Shown piece after piece: positions 1 to 8,778 of a DNA stretch of 64,000 bases. Location of the stretch: positions 93,426 to 157,425 of the forward strand of contig CBDCWG010000007.1 in the NCBI GenBank assembly GCA_965223345.1, written 5' to 3'. Each line of letters starts with the position of its first letter. The stretch's first letter is position 1. Position numbers and translations under genes: made by a program. The DNA is from Nitrospinales bacterium (lineage in GTDB: Bacteria; Nitrospinota; Nitrospinia; Nitrospinales; VA-1). The notes below the pieces were generated by a model, which worked only from the letters and a program-made list of their open reading frames with translations, was not told where the DNA came from and ran no database searches.

Positions 1-478
1 TCTTCAGCACCGTATCGACGGTCGGGCCGTTGGGCATCAGCTGTTTGCGAGCGTTGCCCAGCGTGATGACGGACAATTCGAAGTTGATGCGGCCGGGATG
101 CCGCTCGGCCAGCTGGTTGATGCGGACGGGATCGACGTAGCCCACCGTGAACATCGTGAGCTTCTTATCGGTGGTTTCCAGGAACTCCTCGATCCAGTCC
201 AGTGTTTTGGGATGCAGCGGGATGTCCGTCCACTCCATGTACTCGTTACCGCCGAGCACCCAGGATTCGTCCTCGTGGGTGGGGAATTTCCGGATTTCCC
301 CCAGAATGAACTCCCAGTCTTCCTGCGTCGTCCGCGGAACGTCCACCGTGTTGCGGTAACTGTGATCCTTCTCGTAGCAGAAGGTGCACTTCACCGGGCA
401 GGTTTTCCCCAGGCTGATGGGGATTTTCCGGTCGCGAATCTCGGTTTTGAGGATTTCCCGCAGGGCCTGCTTATCCAC
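1..478 (-). CDS. radical SAM domain protein, N-terminal part (continues beyond window start)
   Basis: Reverse-strand translation from GTG at 476-478: VDKQALREILKTEIRDRKIPISLGKTCPVKCTFCYEKDHSY... It carries a CxxxCxxC[Y] radical-SAM cluster motif at aa 27-34. An AAGGAGA Shine-Dalgarno sits 7 nt upstream of the GTG. The ORF runs off the left edge of the window. Confidence 0.6.
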   Translation of the reverse strand, partial: MDKQALREILKTEIRDRKIPISLGKTCPVKCTFCYEKDHSYRNTVDVPRTTQEDWEFILGEIRKFPTHEDESWVLGGNEYMEWTDIPLHPKTLDWIEEFLETTDKKLTMFTVGYVDPVRINQLAERHPGRINFELSVITLGNARKQLMPNGPTVDTVLK

Positions 479-490
479 GGTTTGGTCTCC

Positions 491-850
491 TTATTGCCAC
501 TCTTTGAAAATCGCCATCAACTGCTCGTCCACCGGCACCTCGGCCTTCTGGTCTTCGTCCAGATTCTGGATCAGAGTGTTGAGGTGCACCGCCGCGCATC
601 CCATGTAGGCGATGCTTTCCTGCTGTTTTTTGAAGTCTCCGGCCTTGAGCTTTTTCTCAAGCTCGTCCAGGTGGGTCGCTTCAAACATGTGGATGGACGA
701 TGTCTTTCTAAAGGCTTCGATGGCCTGTTTGAATTCTTTTTTTTCGTGCAGTTCGATCCCCGCTTTGAGGAACTCCTGCGCTTCCCGGACTTCCTCAACC
801 GTCACCAGCTTTTCTTCCATTCGCTTCCGCCTGTTCTGGGGCCACTCCAT
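491..850 (-). CDS. hypothetical 119-aa helical (TPR-like?) protein immediately upstream of the radical SAM gene
   Basis: ORF MEWPQNRRKRMEEKLVTVEEVREAQEFLKAGIELHEKKEFKQAIEAFRK... Its stop lies 12 nt from the radical SAM start, in the same reading frame. No domain recognised. Confidence 0.5.
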   Translation of the reverse strand: MEWPQNRRKRMEEKLVTVEEVREAQEFLKAGIELHEKKEFKQAIEAFRKTSSIHMFEATHLDELEKKLKAGDFKKQQESIAYMGCAAVHLNTLIQNLDEDQKAEVPVDEQLMAIFKEWQ

Positions 851-940
851 GATATCCGGCCACGGCGCAGCGCTCCGGAAATCCGGGAGTTGAGCCCGAA
901 ATTTCTTGATTTTATTCAGTTTCCTGGGAAAAACACGGTC

Positions 941-971
941 ATTGTATCATCCTTCGAGGAAGGATTGTCAA
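941..971 (-). promoter_or_regulatory. sigma70-like promoter (TTGACA-N19-TACAAT) with a 7-bp perfect palindrome in the spacer
   Basis: Minus-strand reading gcTTGACAatccttcctcgaaggatgaTACAATgac. The palindrome ATCCTTC-gag-GAAGGAT lies between the -35 and -10 elements. The promoter sits about 90 nt upstream of the 119-aa ORF start. Confidence 0.4.
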
Positions 972-1143
972 GCGGGCAATTTGCCGGGAGGGAGCGGGAA
1001 GGCGGGGAGAAAGGTCAAGACGCCGCAATTCACGCCGGGACCGGCGTGCGGCATCCTGCAACATGCCTGCAATGGCGTGAGCCGAAGCGGAAGGGTTGTC
1101 CGCCTCCTGATGGAGGCGGGAATCCAAAGCGGATCGAATCCGG

Positions 1144-1272
1144 TTATTCTTTCTTCTCTTCAATATTATCCGGCTTCACCTGTTTGCCATGCGGGAACTT
1201 CTGCTCCAGGCACCCGGAAGTGGCCACGAGGACACAAAACATCAATGCCAGAAAAAGTGCTGCCTTTCTCAT
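1144..1272 (-). CDS. small lipoprotein (about 42 aa)
   Basis: Internal Met of the 77-aa ORF gives MRKAALFLALMFCVLVATSGCLEQKF... with an LVATSGC lipobox. AGGAGA RBS lies 8 nt upstream of this ATG. Confidence 0.4.
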   Translation of the reverse strand: MRKAALFLALMFCVLVATSGCLEQKFPHGKQVKPDNIEEKKE

Positions 1273-1452
1273 CCCTTCTCTCCTTTGAAAATAGAGTGAG
1301 GGCCGGGCGAGCGGCGGCTCTTCCCTCAACCCTCGTTTTTTAAGAAGATTATTATCAACATTTTGCTCAAAATTCAATGAATTTCTGATTTTTTTTGCTT
1401 ACAATCCTCTGGCGGCGGTCGCTGGAATCGCCCCCGTTTCCAATCTGTTACG

Positions 1453-2256
1453 ATGACTTTGCCCGCCGATCTCAATCCCCATAGCCTCACCGAAGGCCTC
1501 GCTCTCAAGCGCATCGGCAAGCCGGTTCGGAGCTATGAAACCCTCGCCTCGACCAACGATGCGGTCAAACAGGCCTTCGAGGCGGGCGACGCCGAGGGTC
1601 TGGTGGTGCTCGCCGACAGCCAGTCCTCGGGACGCGGCCGCCAGGGCCGCTCCTGGGTGTCTCCCAGGCAGGTGGGGGTCTACCTTTCGGTCCTGCTCAA
1701 GCCGGGCATCGAACGGGAACGCATCCCGCAGCTCACGCTCCTGGCGGGGGTGGCGGTGGCGGAGGCGCTCAAAGGCGATGTGCCCTCCCCGCTCCTGAAA
1801 TGGCCCAACGACGTGCTTGCAAGCGGAAAAAAACTCAGCGGCATCCTGTGTGAATTCCACAAAAGCAGCGGCGGCGAGGGGGTGATTCTCGGCATCGGCG
1901 TCAATGTCAACCAAGTCTTATCCGATTTTCCGCACGAGCTGCAGGCCACCGCCACCTCGCTCTCTATCGAGACCGGCAGGCGCTGCGACCGCGCGCAGGT
2001 GATCCGGTCGCTGCTTGTGAGCCTGGACCGGGAATACGACGATTATCTTTTGGGCAGACAACCGGGGCTGGCGGAAAAATGGTCGCGCCATACGGATCTG
2101 TTCGGCAAGAACATCGCCCTCACGCACGGCGGTACGGTGACTCGAGGCACCGCGCTGCGGCTCGATCCTGCGGGCCGCTTGATCGTGCGCACCGAAGACG
2201 GCGTGGAAAGGGCGTTCGATTCCGGCGAGGTCAGCCTGACGCCGCAGTCGGGATGA
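1453..2256 (+). CDS. birA: biotin--[acetyl-CoA-carboxylase] ligase (group I, no N-terminal HTH)
   Basis: Carries the GRGRQGRSW and KWPNDV BirA signature motifs. 267 aa. Confidence 0.85.
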   Translation: MTLPADLNPHSLTEGLALKRIGKPVRSYETLASTNDAVKQAFEAGDAEGLVVLADSQSSGRGRQGRSWVSPRQVGVYLSVLLKPGIERERIPQLTLLAGVAVAEALKGDVPSPLLKWPNDVLASGKKLSGILCEFHKSSGGEGVILGIGVNVNQVLSDFPHELQATATSLSIETGRRCDRAQVIRSLLVSLDREYDDYLLGRQPGLAEKWSRHTDLFGKNIALTHGGTVTRGTALRLDPAGRLIVRTEDGVERAFDSGEVSLTPQSG

Positions 2257-2276
2257 AAAACCAGCGAGTCTGAGAA

Positions 2277-2293
2277 CCGGCTCAAAACGAGCC
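2277..2293. terminator. candidate bidirectional hairpin between convergent birA and slp
   Basis: CGGCTC-aaaac-GAGCCG is a 6-bp stem. It overlaps the slp stop codon. No clean T-run follows. Confidence 0.2.
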
Positions 2294-2779
2294 GAACACA
2301 CCGATGCCCAGATGGAACTGCGGGTTGGAGCGCTGGTAGCCTTCCGGCCAGAGGTGGTATTCGCGCAGGGTGAGCCTGGGATAGTTGTAGCTGATCTGGT
2401 CGAGCGACCGGGTCTCGCTGCCGCTCACCCTGCCTGCGACGGTGATGCGCCGGCCTTTGGCGAACACGCTCTCTTCGAGGATCTGGTCGCTGAGCACCAG
2501 AAAGCGCCCTTCGGTCTGATCGTTGAGCTTCGGTTCGAGACGGTAATCCAGCGGGCGCTGCAATACGATCATCCAGCTTCCCGAGGCGTCGTTGCCCACT
2601 TCCACGATGGTGCCGCCCAGCACGACGGATTTTTCCAGATAATTGTCCGTATTCTGTTTCAAGTCCCCGAACACGACCTTGGTGTCGCTTTCATTGAGCA
2701 CCTCTTTGGAGATCACCGAAGCGCAGCCGGTCAGCAGGACGAGAGCCAGAATCGAAATGGTTTTCATCAGAGGGAGCAT
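2282..2779 (-). CDS. slp: Slp family outer-membrane lipoprotein
   Basis: Signal peptide with LTGC lipobox. Slp/YeaY-like core (VVLGGTIVEV...FLVLSDQ). Confidence 0.75.
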   Translation of the reverse strand: MLPLMKTISILALVLLTGCASVISKEVLNESDTKVVFGDLKQNTDNYLEKSVVLGGTIVEVGNDASGSWMIVLQRPLDYRLEPKLNDQTEGRFLVLSDQILEESVFAKGRRITVAGRVSGSETRSLDQISYNYPRLTLREYHLWPEGYQRSNPQFHLGIGVFGSF

Positions 2780-2788
2780 GGTCGTTTC

Positions 2789-3352
2789 TCACCAGTAATA
2801 AGGGTAACGCGAAAACCGCGAAAACGGGTGCCGGTAAAACGGATGGTAATAATGGGGATAAAACGGATCGTAATAGGGGCCATACTCGTACTCTTCTTCC
2901 AGATGCAGCTCTTCCGCCTCGATCACCGGGTAGCGGTAATCCGCCTCACCCAGTTTCCCATCCTGGCCGCCCACGATCCGGCCGGCACCGATCACCTGCC
3001 TACCCTTCTCGTACACCTCCGCTTCGAGGTAGCCCGGACGGACAAAGATGAAACGGCCGAGGGTGGCGTCGCCGCCTTCCACGTATCCGAACGAATCCAC
3101 CGGCTTTTGCACGACCTCGATTTCGGTTTTGCCGGGCAGATTGCGGGTTTCGACGATGTCGCCGCCGAGGATCACCTTTTTGCCGGACTGGGCATCCGGG
3201 TTCTCGAACAGTTGAGACAGGCTGACCGTGGGGTCCACGCTCTCCCGCATCTGCTTGGAGATGGGGTGGACGCAGCCCGTAAGCAGCCACAGCAGCGCGC
3301 AGCCCAGGAGGGTGAACTGCTTGATTCGACGGTTCGGGTGACATTCCTGCAT
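2789..3352 (-). CDS. Slp family lipoprotein paralog with Tyr/Pro/His-rich C-terminal tail
   Basis: Start chosen at MQECHPNRRIKQFTLLGCALLWLLTGC because an AGGAG RBS lies 8 nt upstream. Slp core (KVILGGDIVE..RFIFVRPGYLE). The tail reads YGPYYDPFYPHYYHPFYRHPFSRFSRYPYYW. Confidence 0.7.
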   Translation of the reverse strand: MQECHPNRRIKQFTLLGCALLWLLTGCVHPISKQMRESVDPTVSLSQLFENPDAQSGKKVILGGDIVETRNLPGKTEIEVVQKPVDSFGYVEGGDATLGRFIFVRPGYLEAEVYEKGRQVIGAGRIVGGQDGKLGEADYRYPVIEAEELHLEEEYEYGPYYDPFYPHYYHPFYRHPFSRFSRYPYYW

Positions 3353-3671
3353 CGCAGTGCTCCTGATTTGCTGATTCCATCGTCCGGCCTGTGTCATCGG
3401 CAGGACGAAGACGGCGCTTGGGGATCCATTTTCAAATTACCATTTTTTCAGAATACATCCAATTATTTACACAATATCGACATCAAACCTCCCGCCCCGC
3501 CCGGCGCAAAACCGATTACCACCCATTTTCTCAGGGATTTCAACCCTTCCGGCAGCGCGTGCGCCGCTTTCTCCACGGCCGCAGGCGCAGCTTGAACCGG
3601 GCGGAAAATAAATATAAACTTATGTTTATCAACCCTTAACCGCCCGGATTGCGATCCGGCGCCTGCCGCTG

Positions 3672-4598
3672 ATGGCCGCAACGAAAAATTACTACAAGAT
3701 CCTCGGCGTCGAAAAAAACGCCAGCACCGCCGAAATCAAAAAACGCTACCGGGAGCTCGCGAAAAAGCACCACCCCGACGTCAACAACGGCAGCAAAAAA
3801 GCGGAAAACAATTTCAAGATCCTCTCGGCGGCCTACGATGTTTTGAGCGACAAAAAGAAACGCCAGGAGTACGACCGGCAGCGCGCCCAGCGTCCCCGCC
3901 CCTCGCGGCCGCGGCCGGGCCCTGCGGAATGGGCCGATCCGGGAGCGGGTTTCGGGGAAAACCAGGAACAGCGGTGGCGCACGGAACAGGACTTCGGCGG
4001 CGGCGCGGCGCAGCAGGAGGAGCCGGTCTACGATCCGGAGATGCCGACGCGCGGTTTCGATTTGCAGTTTCTCATCGATCTGCCGATCGAAACGGTGGCT
4101 CTGGGCGGCGAGGTTCCCTACAGCTATGAAAAATACGTGCGCTGCGAGGAGTGCGAGGGCACGGGCCGCATCGACGGTGCCGAGTGCGGCGTGTGCCGGG
4201 GAAAACGGCTGACGGTCGCGCCTGTGACGATCACGGTCGCCATCCCGCCCGGCGTCGCCGATCAATACACGATCCGCATTCCCGAAGCGGGCGGCGAAGG
4301 CAAAAACGGCGGGCCTCCCGGCGACCTCATGCTCAAGGTCAACATGCAGAAGCATCCGCACTTCAAGCGGGTGAAAAGCGACATCCACACGGAAGTGAAG
4401 ATCCCGCGCGATCTGGCAGAAAGCGGCGGGCCGCTGGAGGTGGACACGCTGGAGGGGAAACAAACCATCCAGGTCGAAGACGGCACCCTGACGGGCGAGG
4501 AAATCCGCATTCCCGGTGCGGGCGCCGCCATTTTATGGGGCAAAAAACGCGGCGACCTGGTGATCAAATTCAAAATCGTGGACGAAGAGAACGTATGA
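3672..4598 (+). CDS. DnaJ-family co-chaperone (J domain, single Cys-rich zinc centre, C-terminal domains)
   Basis: YYKILGV...HPDVN J-domain with HPD motif. CEECEGTGRIDGAECGVCRGKR zinc finger. Confidence 0.8.
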   Translation: MAATKNYYKILGVEKNASTAEIKKRYRELAKKHHPDVNNGSKKAENNFKILSAAYDVLSDKKKRQEYDRQRAQRPRPSRPRPGPAEWADPGAGFGENQEQRWRTEQDFGGGAAQQEEPVYDPEMPTRGFDLQFLIDLPIETVALGGEVPYSYEKYVRCEECEGTGRIDGAECGVCRGKRLTVAPVTITVAIPPGVADQYTIRIPEAGGEGKNGGPPGDLMLKVNMQKHPHFKRVKSDIHTEVKIPRDLAESGGPLEVDTLEGKQTIQVEDGTLTGEEIRIPGAGAAILWGKKRGDLVIKFKIVDEENV

Positions 4599-4852
4599 AA
4601 CCGATCTACCTTTCCATTCTGTTTTTCACGCTCGCCGGCATCCTGATGCTCGCGGTGTTTCTTAGCCGTCCGGCACGCCGCAGCCGCAAACCCGCCGCCG
4701 CCAAACGGAAAAAAGCGCTGCCCGCTCGCTCGCAAGCCGCGCCCTCCGAAGCGCACAGCAACCGCCGCAGGGAAATCATCGAATGGATAAAAAGAGATCC
4801 GGTGAAGGTGAGCCAGGCCGTGCGGCAGTGGATGCAGCAGGAAAAACCGTAA
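4595..4852 (+). CDS. small single-pass membrane protein, translationally coupled to the DnaJ-like gene
   Basis: Its ATG overlaps the upstream stop as ATGA. Sequence MKPIYLSILFFTLAGILMLAVFL, followed by a basic Ala/Arg/Lys-rich segment. Confidence 0.45.
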   Translation: MKPIYLSILFFTLAGILMLAVFLSRPARRSRKPAAAKRKKALPARSQAAPSEAHSNRRREIIEWIKRDPVKVSQAVRQWMQQEKP

Positions 4853-4874
4853 ACGACAACTCGGGAAATGCGGT

Positions 4875-5672
4875 TCAGCCGCCTTTCGCCTTGCGCGCCC
4901 GGACTTCGGCGGCGTGCGCCTTGGCCCGTTTCAACATGGCGGCTTTTTCTTCCGGGGTGCGGTTCTTTTTCGGAATGGGTTTGGGCGTTCCGCCGGCAGA
5001 CGGCGCTTTGGCCGCCGCGGGTTGGGGGGCCGCGGTTTTGGCGGGCGCGTCGGCCGCTCCGGCATCGGCGGTTGCCGCCGCTTCAGCCGCCGGGGCTTCC
5101 GGTTCTTTACCTACCGGTGGCGGCGGCGCTTCCCCTTCCTTGCGCACCAGCCGCATGGAGGACCACACGTCGGTGGTGGGGTAAGCCGTGTCGATGCCGA
5201 TTTTCAGATCGAAGCGGATGATCTTGTCGTCGCTGCACTCGCTGATCCAGGTGCTGGCGGCGCTGCCCGCATCGAATATGGGATCGATGGGATAGAGCGT
5301 GCCGTTTTTGTCCATGCACTTCTTCGTCTTGTCCACCAGCGTCGCCGCTTCCTTTTTAGACGGAATGCGCCAGTTGTCGTAACCGGCAAACTTCTCCTTG
5401 TTGACCTTATCGACGTATTCCCGGTGCATGGCCCAGGTGTAGAACTTGTGCGTGTCGAGCCAGGCGTCGGTCTTCTTCCACATCAGACCGGTGCTGGGAT
5501 CGGTGACGGTGCCGTCGCCGTTGTCCACAAGAGGTTCCTTAGGCTTTTCCTCTTTTTTGGCAGCCTTGGCTTTGGCTTTCACCGCGGTTTTGGCTGCGGC
5601 GGGCTTGGCGTCTCCGGAAGCGGCCTTCGGTGCGGGCTTGCTCTCTTCAGGAGTCGGTTGCGTTTGTTCCAT
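4875..5672 (-). CDS. DUF1566 (Lcl C-terminal-like) domain protein flanked by Ala/Lys/Pro-rich histone-H1-like tails
   Basis: Core VTDPSTGLMWKK...GYDNWRIPSKKEAATL matches DUF1566. Both termini are AKP low-complexity. No signal peptide is visible. Confidence 0.65.
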   Translation of the reverse strand: MEQTQPTPEESKPAPKAASGDAKPAAAKTAVKAKAKAAKKEEKPKEPLVDNGDGTVTDPSTGLMWKKTDAWLDTHKFYTWAMHREYVDKVNKEKFAGYDNWRIPSKKEAATLVDKTKKCMDKNGTLYPIDPIFDAGSAASTWISECSDDKIIRFDLKIGIDTAYPTTDVWSSMRLVRKEGEAPPPPVGKEPEAPAAEAAATADAGAADAPAKTAAPQPAAAKAPSAGGTPKPIPKKNRTPEEKAAMLKRAKAHAAEVRARKAKGG

Positions 5673-5696
5673 TCTTTTTCCAGGCCCCCTTCCTCG

Positions 5697-5981
5697 TTAT
5701 TGGGAAGGTTTGGATTGGGTTGGGGTCCAGGAGGATCCTTCAAGAATCTGATTCAAATCTTTTCCGGTCCGGGTCAACTGGTTCAGGATGTCTCCAAGCT
5801 CGGAGGTGGAAAACTCGGCGAGACGGTCCATGAAGACGCGCCGGTAATTGGCGGCGTTTTTGCGGATCCATTCGACCACGCTGCTCTCGCCGCCGTTTTC
5901 CTCGGACTGTTTCCGGCCCAAAAGATTGGTTTGGGACACCCGGATGATTTCGCAGATCAAATCGTCTTTGATACGGCTCAT
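5697..5981 (-). CDS. hypothetical protein (94 aa)
   Basis: ORF only. It lies 25 nt upstream of the DUF1566 gene on the same strand. Confidence 0.35.
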   Translation of the reverse strand: MSRIKDDLICEIIRVSQTNLLGRKQSEENGGESSVVEWIRKNAANYRRVFMDRLAEFSTSELGDILNQLTRTGKDLNQILEGSSWTPTQSKPSQ

Positions 5982-6226
5982 GAGAACCTCTTTTGAATCA
6001 CCCCTTGCTAATAAGACGCAAAAAGGTGGCTAATGTATACTTATTTTCAAACCTTGTCAAATCCTAATCGTTTCAACCAAACCGGCAGAAAAACAAGGGG
6101 TTGAATAAAAATTCCGATCTCCAAATTCGACTCGGTTCTCTAATATATTTTATCTCAGAGCCCTAGCGGAAAAAAGAAAAATAGGGCGGCAACTTCTGCA
6201 TGGGAAATCCGAAAACCGCCCTGATT

Positions 6227-7036
6227 TCAATCGGATTTCGGATCCAGGACGTCCCGGAGCCCTTCGCCCAAAAAATTGAAGGACAAAATGGTGAGAAAGA
6301 TCGCCAGCGAGGGGAACAGAATCAGGTGCGGGTAGAACTTGATGGCCTGCCAGCCCTCGTTCGCGAGGGTGCCCCAGCTGCTGGTGGGCGGCCTGATGCC
6401 GAGCCCGATGAAGCTCAGGGTGGATTCGGCGAGGATGGCCACCGGGATGCGGAAGCTCAGGGTGACGATCAGAAGCCCCACGATGTTGGGCAGGATCTCG
6501 CCGATCAGGATGCGCGGGTGCCCCGCCCCCAGCGCGCGGGCGGCCTCGACGTAGGTGTATTCCTTGATGCGGATCACCTCGCCGCGCACCAGCCGGGCCA
6601 CGGTGACCCAGCTCACCAGCGTCAGGGCGATGAAGATCGCCGTCACGCCGCGGCCGAGCAGCACGGTGATGAGGATGATCATCAACAGGTCGGGAAGCGC
6701 AAAGACCACATCGACGATGCGCATCATCACGTTGTCGGTGCGGCCGCCGATGTAGCCGGAAACCGCGCCGTAGACGGTGCCGATCAGGATCGCCAGCGCC
6801 GTGGTCGCCACGCCGATGAACAGCGACACGCGGGCCCCGTAGATCATGCGCGAGAGCAGGTCCCGCCCCAGTCGGTCGGTGCCCAGCAGATAGGGCTCGC
6901 CCGGCGGCGCGAGGGTGTTGGCGGTGTCCTGCGCGTCGTAGGCGTACGGCGCGACCCACGGCGCGAACAGGGCCGCAAGCGCGACGGTCAAAAGAAACAG
7001 GGCGCTGATCCTGGCAGCGAGGGGCAGTCGGTTCAT
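6227..7036 (-). CDS. ABC transporter permease, DppC/OppC family
   Basis: Six-TM permease with the EAA-like region (EAARALGAGHPRILIGEILPN). Confidence 0.85.
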   Translation of the reverse strand: MNRLPLAARISALFLLTVALAALFAPWVAPYAYDAQDTANTLAPPGEPYLLGTDRLGRDLLSRMIYGARVSLFIGVATTALAILIGTVYGAVSGYIGGRTDNVMMRIVDVVFALPDLLMIILITVLLGRGVTAIFIALTLVSWVTVARLVRGEVIRIKEYTYVEAARALGAGHPRILIGEILPNIVGLLIVTLSFRIPVAILAESTLSFIGLGIRPPTSSWGTLANEGWQAIKFYPHLILFPSLAIFLTILSFNFLGEGLRDVLDPKSD

Positions 7037-7051
7037 GCGCAGCGTCCCGGC

Positions 7052-7450
7052 TCAGAGAGGATTGGGGGGATAGTCAAATTCATACATTCGGTTGCGGGCG
7101 GGGGAATGGCCGGCATCGACACCCTGGTGCCGCGCCAGATAATCGAGGATGCGGCGGCGCACTTCCGGCGAGAGCGGCCCGAGCCCCTGCTTTTCCTGCA
7201 TCCAGGTCAGGGTTTCGTCCCAGCGTGCGCGGCTCATGCGGTTCTGCACGATGAGCGCGGCCGAATGACAGGCGGTGCAGGTGTCCGCGACCAGTTCCCG
7301 GTCCGCATCCGGCGGCAGCATCTTCCCTTCCTGCGCCTGTCCGGCGCCGACGACGAACAGGAAAATACCGGCACACAGTACGAACCACCGTGCTGTTTTT
7401 TTAAATCGCAATGCGATGTTGGATCTCATGAACACGATTCGTTCTTTCAA
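7052..7450 (-). CDS. mono-heme cytochrome c (SorB-like)
   Basis: Signal peptide followed by a CTACH (CxxCH) heme-binding motif. It sits immediately downstream of the sulfite-oxidase-family gene. Confidence 0.7.
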   Translation of the reverse strand: MKERIVFMRSNIALRFKKTARWFVLCAGIFLFVVGAGQAQEGKMLPPDADRELVADTCTACHSAALIVQNRMSRARWDETLTWMQEKQGLGPLSPEVRRRILDYLARHQGVDAGHSPARNRMYEFDYPPNPL

Positions 7451-7452
7451 GC

Positions 7453-8778
7453 TCAGACCACGGTCACCGCGATGCGGTGCATGGCGTTGTTGAGATAGCC
7501 TTTCGGGTTCCAGCCCGGAACCACCATCGGCTGCTGCACGCCCGCGCTGTCGGTGGCGCGCGCCCAGACTTCGTAATAGCCCTTCTGAGGAAAACGGATC
7601 TTAGCCTGCCACTGCTGCCAGGCGTAGCGGTTGACCGGCTTTTTCAGCGCGGCGGCGATCCAGGTGGCGCCGAAATCCCAGGACAGGTCCAGCCGCTGCA
7701 CGCTGCGGTCGCCGGCCCAGGCGTGCCCGGCCACGGTCAACGGACTGCCGAGCGCATGACGCAATCGGGTTTTGGGCCGCGTGATCAGCGATTTCACCGG
7801 CATCGACTCGATGATCTTCATGTCCGCTTCGGGAACGTGCGCGCCCGGCGGCACGCGGTACTTGGGAACCCGGTAGGAATAGCCCGTCATCTTGGGTCCG
7901 TCGTGAACGCGGTCGCGCACCCAGATGCGGCGCAGCCACTTGATCGACGTGGAGCCCGGCCATCCGGGCGAGATCACCCGCACCGGAAACCCGTGCAGCG
8001 GCGCCAGCGGTTGGCCGTTCATCGCCCAGGCCACCAGGGTGTGTGCCTCCATCGCCTTGGCGATGGGCGTGCCGCGGGAGATCGGCACTTTATTGGGATC
8101 GCCGGACAGGTGAATGTCTCCGCCGTAATAGCCGGTGTAGACGGCGCTGTCCTTGAGCCCGGCCTGCTTTAAAAGATCGCGCAGCCGCACGCCGGTGTAG
8201 CGCGCGCAGCCCACCGCGCCGAAGGTCCATTGGTTGCCCTTGGCGGGCGGATGGTAGCCGGCGCGGCCGTTGCCGCCGCACTCCACCTGCAAAGCCAGGG
8301 TCACGTTCTCAAAGCGCTTGAGCTGATCCAGCGTGAAGGTCTGCGGCTCATGCACTTCGCCGTCGAGGGTGAGTGTCCAGTCGGACGCATCGTCGCCGTA
8401 GGCGGAAGGCGGCACCAGCCCGTTGTTGCGCACGAAATGCCGGTTCACAGGCGTGACGGCGTCGTCCAGCAGATGCGGCGGCGTTTCGGCGTTGACCGGC
8501 CGGTCGTTCAGCACGGTGAGACCGTCCTTGCCCTCGATGACGAATTCCTCATCGGTCCCGGCGAGCGCTTCCGGAATCCAGCCCGCCGACAGATGCCGGG
8601 CAAAGGGAATCTGCGCGCCGACGACAGCGGCCAATGCGGCGAGTCCGGTGTTTTTCAGAAAACCGCGGCGCGAAACGCTGCGCCGCCCCCAGATGGCGGC
8701 GTCGGCCCGTTCCGGATCGTCGTGGTAAAGTTCGTTCAGTCCGCGTTCCTGTTTTCGTTTCATGATGACCTCACTCAT
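7453..8778 (-). CDS. sulfite oxidase family molybdopterin oxidoreductase (SorA-like), Tat-exported
   Basis: Twin-arginine signal (SRRGFLKNTGLAALA). Moco-binding SO core and a C-terminal dimerisation domain. Its ATG overlaps the upstream dppB stop as ATGA. The 746-aa track ORF wrongly merges this gene with upstream sequence. Confidence 0.8.
   Translation of the reverse strand: MSEVIMKRKQERGLNELYHDDPERADAAIWGRRSVSRRGFLKNTGLAALAAVVGAQIPFARHLSAGWIPEALAGTDEEFVIEGKDGLTVLNDRPVNAETPPHLLDDAVTPVNRHFVRNNGLVPPSAYGDDASDWTLTLDGEVHEPQTFTLDQLKRFENVTLALQVECGGNGRAGYHPPAKGNQWTFGAVGCARYTGVRLRDLLKQAGLKDSAVYTGYYGGDIHLSGDPNKVPISRGTPIAKAMEAHTLVAWAMNGQPLAPLHGFPVRVISPGWPGSTSIKWLRRIWVRDRVHDGPKMTGYSYRVPKYRVPPGAHVPEADMKIIESMPVKSLITRPKTRLRHALGSPLTVAGHAWAGDRSVQRLDLSWDFGATWIAAALKKPVNRYAWQQWQAKIRFPQKGYYEVWARATDSAGVQQPMVVPGWNPKGYLNNAMHRIAVTVV

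Noticed and set aside
98-1288. 396-aa plus-strand ORF spanning the start of the window
   Set aside because: It lies antisense to the radical SAM gene, the 119-aa gene and the lipoprotein gene. Its composition is Gly/Arg/Pro/Leu-rich and it has no motifs, typical of a high-GC antisense artefact.
6200-6243. 8-bp inverted repeat GAAATCCG ... CGGATTTC near the dppC end as a terminator
   Set aside because: It overlaps dppC coding sequence. There is no U-run in the correct orientation.
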